From contig OZ037771.1 of the NCBI GenBank assembly GCA_964035545.1, positions 3,421,628 to 3,485,627 of the forward strand: a stretch of DNA of 64,000 bases. Direction: 5' to 3'. Source of the stretch: Bugula neritina (lineage: Eukaryota; Animalia; Bryozoa). Below are positions 25,701-64,000 of this stretch, in pieces; position 1 is the first letter of the stretch, and every line of letters begins with the position of its first letter. The translations under genes were made by a program, and so were the position numbers. Below the pieces are notes generated by a model. That model was not told where the DNA came from, did no database searches, and saw only the letters and a program-made list of their open reading frames with translations.

Positions 25701-28049
25701 TTTATTATTTTTTCATGTCAACTAAGGAATTGTTTAAATAAAAAAATATTTCTTTAGGAGTAGGGTAGTATTAAATCTATATGTATATCATTGTAATATT
25801 AATTTTACATGTACTTGTATTGCTGTGTATAACATTAATCTCTTGACAACATGTCACATGTGCTTTCAGGGAGGTGTCGGATATAACATTACCATAGACA
25901 TGTTGTGTGACATCATGAATCAAGACAATCAACCAATCAACAACTATGCCCAAGTTAACTCTCTTATCCTCAAAACATACAGTCAGAAATGCCTGGACTT
26001 CAAGTACATGAACATGATTAAAGGTATTTCAAACATTGCGCTATAACTTCTCTTTAGGCTAAAGGGAGGGGGAGGGTAGGCATAGCTTCTTTTTATGTGC
26101 TAATGTTTTTTCCTTCTCCTGCAAGACTTAACTGAGTTTTTAAGTAATTCAGTTTTGTGTTTTTGTGGTTGTAAATGTCTGTCCAAACAACAAAAAGCTG
26201 GTAGACTGCAAAATACCTGTTGATGAAAAATTAAATTAAGAGAGATACTTTTAGAAATTAATTCATTCTCAAAGAAATTCTAATTCATCAGAAAAATAAA
26301 TTGAAAACTTTAAATCCTAAATGCAACTTTTTAATATAGCGCCATCCACTTTTGTTTGATATAAATTGCTCATAAAATTGCCCTGAATTTCTTAGTTGGC
26401 AGTTGCTACTGTCTCTCTCTACTGTTACAAGTTACTTATATATACTATACTATCTACTGTTACTATATATTTACTACTTCTACACTCTCTACTGTTATAC
26501 TACTTCTACACTCTACTACTATACTAATTCTATGCCCTCTACTGTTATACTACTTCTACACTCTCTACTGTTATACTACTTCTACACTCTACTACTATAC
26601 TAATTCTATGCCCTCTACTGTTATACTACTTCTACACTCTCTACTGTTATACTACTTCTACACTCTACTACTATACTAATTCTATGCCCTCTACTGTTAT
26701 ACTACTTCTACACTCTCTACTGTTATACTACTTCTACACTCTCTACTGTTATACTACTTCTACACTCTCTACTGTTATACTACTTCTACACTTTCTACTG
26801 TTATACTTGAAGAGCTGCAAGACACCACCTGGGCAGGATCTGCAGCTGTTGGTGGCCGTCAGTGGACGTACCAGACGTGCACTGAGTTTGGTTATTATCA
26901 GACATCTTCGTATGCATCTCAGCCATTTGGTGATGGATTCCCTCTAGAGTAAGTATGTTGGGTTACATGTTCTGTATACTAGAGTAAGTATGTTGGGTTA
27001 CATGTTCTGTATACTAAAGTAAGTATGTTGGGTTACATGTTCTGTATACTAAAGTAAGTATGTTGGGTTACATGTTCCGCATACAAATTTGAGAAAAAAG
27101 CTTACTTGAAGTGATTGTAATCTAATTTTGAATGACTTTGATTATTCCAATCAATCTTAATAACATATGTTGTTTGAATATGCCAAGAAATTATGTCATT
27201 CAACAAGATGTACTACATTTTTAATAATTGTTGAAGCCCTATATCGACAGTCTGTTAGAAGCTGATCTCCATTAATTCAAAACTCAAATGTAGTGCCAGC
27301 AGTACCACAATGCATCTGCAATATCCTAGACGTCATGTGACGCGTAACCCAAATATTCTGATCATTATTTGTAGCTTTTGGACCCAACAATGCTCGGATA
27401 TCTTTGGTGCGAGCATAAATGAAACAGTTCTCAACAATGCTATCAAGTTTACAAACGCCAATTATGGAGGGTTGGGTGTGAAGGTGTCTCGTATAATTTT
27501 TCCCAATGGGTCAATAGATCCCTGGCACGCGCTCTCTGTTACAAAGGATCTTTCACCTGAGGCTATAGCTCTCTTTATCAACGGTTTGTATATTATATAT
27601 ATAGTAATATAATATTATATATAGTAATATAATATTATATATAGTAATATAATATTATGGTTATAATATAATACTAATATAATTATAATATAATGGTGAT
27701 ATATAATTAGTAAAGTGATAATATAGTTGTATAAGATAAAAATAAAATTATAATATAATGTTATAAATAAAATGGTAATATTATTATTGATATATATTAT
27801 AATAGTTTAGAATAAATTGTGTTTTCAAAAATGATATTTATTATGTCTATACAACTCTGGTAAGGCTCATGTAATATATGTATACATATGACTGTAGAGA
27901 CAGCTCATACATGTAATATATGTATACATATAACTGTAGGGACAGCGCACTGTGCCAACATGTACCCGCCTAGTCCCGATGACCTGCCAACTCTGACGGC
28001 AGCACGTGTAGTCATCGGCAAGTCTATTGGTGCCTGGCTGAACCAATAA
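22706..28049 (+). CDS. Secreted/lysosomal serine peptidase family S28 (PRSS16/K12H4.7-like; PCP/DPP7 relatives)
   Basis: Signal peptide; motifs [53 protein letters not shown] (catalytic Ser), [24 protein letters not shown] (Asp), GTAHCANM (His). Ten exons: 22706-22909, 23410-23591, 24019-24154, 24726-24821, 25177-25312, 25479-25593, 25870-26022, 26813-26948, 27375-27583, 27940-28049. Confidence 0.93.
26410..26805. repeat. Intronic ~26-bp minisatellite (ctctactgttatactacttctacact) abutting an S28 splice acceptor
   Basis: Tandem periodicity up to a few nt before cttgaag|AGCTG at 26813. Confidence 0.9.
26945..27080. repeat. 35-bp tandem repeat x4 containing the splice donor gtaagt
   Basis: agtaagtatgttgggttacatgttctgtatacta repeated. 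Confidence 0.9.
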
Positions 28050-28479
28050 ACTCAGTGTTAGTGGTAATATTAAGACCACGAGGTCTAATGACATTTCGTA
28101 AGCTCTGCTTTTAAATTTCAAATCATTTTTTATTAGCATATGTAAACTTATTGCCATTCCTGACTTGTCTAATTTATAATCATGTTATATAAAGGAACAG
28201 ACAGCTGAGTGTTGCCTATTGGAATATGACTTAATATTGCTTCGATATTAGTTGATGAAAATTTTTTTTTGGTTTAATTATTTTTTCAATTTTATAATGT
28301 ATTTGATTACTCCAGCACTTTGTATTAATCCTTATAATAACAATGACTTTCATGTTACCTATTCGTCTTATTGTTTGAATGCAGTTTTAAATATGTCAAC
28401 AAAGTTTCTTTTAATAAACTTGTAAGTATCAACTGCATGGAATATCTTATCTATTCTACCATCATTTTGTGGTGACTCT

Positions 28480-28750
28480 TTATCTGTCTGTTTGTCTGTC
28501 TGTCTGTCTCTGTCTGTCTGTCTATCTCCCTATCTATCTCTATATATCTATATTTATATATTCATCTATTTATCTATCTTTCCATTTATCCCTCTATCTA
28601 TATATCTATTGATCTACCTGGCTATCTATCTTTCTATAGATCTATCTATCTATATATCTCTCTATATTTCTCTCTATATATCAATCTATCTATATATCCA
28701 TCCATCTATATATCTACCTATCCATCTATCAACATATCTGCCTGTCTGTA
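28480..28750. repeat. Degenerate (TCTA/TCTG)n microsatellite
   Basis: Low-complexity tetranucleotide tract. Confidence 0.8.
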
Positions 28751-29548
28751 ATATATTTATCAACTCTGTGCATGTGTTTCATAGCCTTATTGTAGCTATA
28801 AAATACTATGGTTGTGTCAAATAAGCAATTTATTGTCATTGCTATGTGTTTTACATTACCAACTGGTCAAGTGTACAACATTTAATAGTGTAAATGTATT
28901 ACACTGGGATCTAAGTATACAGTTGCTGGTGTTTACATTTAGCAATCAGTAAATCATCAGCTTACTGTATAGTCAAATAAATGAAGTAACTGTTAGGACA
29001 AGCAACTGGAAGAGTTTAGCTTTGACCTTGAATAGGATAATTTATTTATAGCAGTTCTAATGATAAAATTGTGTCTTGTTTTGAAACTTATGTCGTGTTG
29101 GCCGGGCTTTTAAAACTGAGAGAAATTTCATATTAAAAACAAAAATTGAAAAGTCAAAATAATTTGGAAACCCGTTCATTAATTGCTGTTAGCTATTATT
29201 TTACTGGGTTTGTCAATGTGAAGCACCATTTTTGGTTACATTTCTAATTATCTTGAGTCGGGTTTCAGATTAAAAGTAAAATTTTATTTCCTATTATATA
29301 ACTCCAGCCCGGTGAAGTTCCATATCTGCAATTTTATTTGCAAGCTATTTGAATGCAATTATCGTGAAAACTGCTGGTAACACCAGTTTTAACTATGATA
29401 AAATAGCAATAGCCTAACAATATTGTTGAAGCCACACAATGCATGTTTGGGCATCATTTATTCCTAGAATCTATACATCACACCAACAGTTTGCCACTGA
29501 TCAACTGTTTCACTGCATGTAAATGTAATTCTGTTGTTTTTCTGAATC

Positions 29549-63494
<33,946 letters not shown>

Positions 63495-64000
63495 CCCTAC
63501 CTGATCTGAGATTATATGGTGTACTGTTGATATTGCCCAGAGGTCTATAATTTGATATTATCTTATTTTATTACTATTAGTATCATGTTTTGATATACAA
63601 TGTTGCTGCTGATTTATTATAATGGAAGTTTGTGCATCTATTTCAATAAATTTTCTAATGAAATTTACCAATAATAGTCATAGTTTGTAATGCAGAGCTT
63701 CACAGTTTTTTTTTATCAACTTAATTCTGCCTCTATGAGTTAGGTGTTAAATGTTAGTATGTACTGCATTGTAATAACTTTACTTAGTTTAAAGTTTTAG
63801 TTTTTGTAAGAAGCCAACAGATTTTCAGTAATAAAGTTGGTTAGTTGGTATGGCTGAACATAAGAACTAAGCCTGTATACCAATATTTTAAAGTGGAAAA
63901 TTTAGGTTTCTATTGCACCACTATTATTTCTGCTGCTTTTGTTATGGTGGGTTTTACTGATTTTGAGTATTGTAAACTCACCTAATAATATATATATAAT

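Noticed and set aside
22706-28049. S28 peptidase as the dedicated processing enzyme for the neighbouring Asp-Pro-cleaved proteins
   Set aside because: GDPH cleavage is autocatalytic, and adjacency in an animal genome is not evidence of a functional link

Overview
AT-rich, intron-rich eukaryotic DNA, apparently an invertebrate animal (GT-AG introns, tRNA-derived SINEs, micro/minisatellites). Most ORF-track entries are exon fragments or antisense shadows of repeats. The centre holds a head-to-head pair of conserved genes: MEAF6/Eaf6 (minus, 20082-22440) and a secreted S28-family serine peptidase (plus, 22706-28049). Flanking them divergently are members of an unusual paralogous family of very large cell-surface proteins. 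Gene A (minus, 729-18270, about 36 exons, roughly 2,250 aa) has one unit. Gene B (plus, 29549-63494, about 53 exons, roughly 3,300 aa) appears to be two whole units fused in frame through a mucin exon. Each unit is a long Cys-containing N-terminal region I cannot assign, an optional TSP1 exon, and an RGM/hemojuvelin-like vWD-type domain with a GDPH autoproteolysis motif. It is followed by Thr-rich mucin stalks, a CUB domain (B only) and a C-terminal hydrophobic GPI-like signal. The locus shows active remodelling: triplication of a six-exon module in A, whole-unit fusion in B, gene-conversion-like patches, a 315-aa His/Thr repeat inserted into A's vWD domain, and a furin site kept only in the membrane-proximal units. 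Exon boundaries and sizes were derived by hand; no database search was run.
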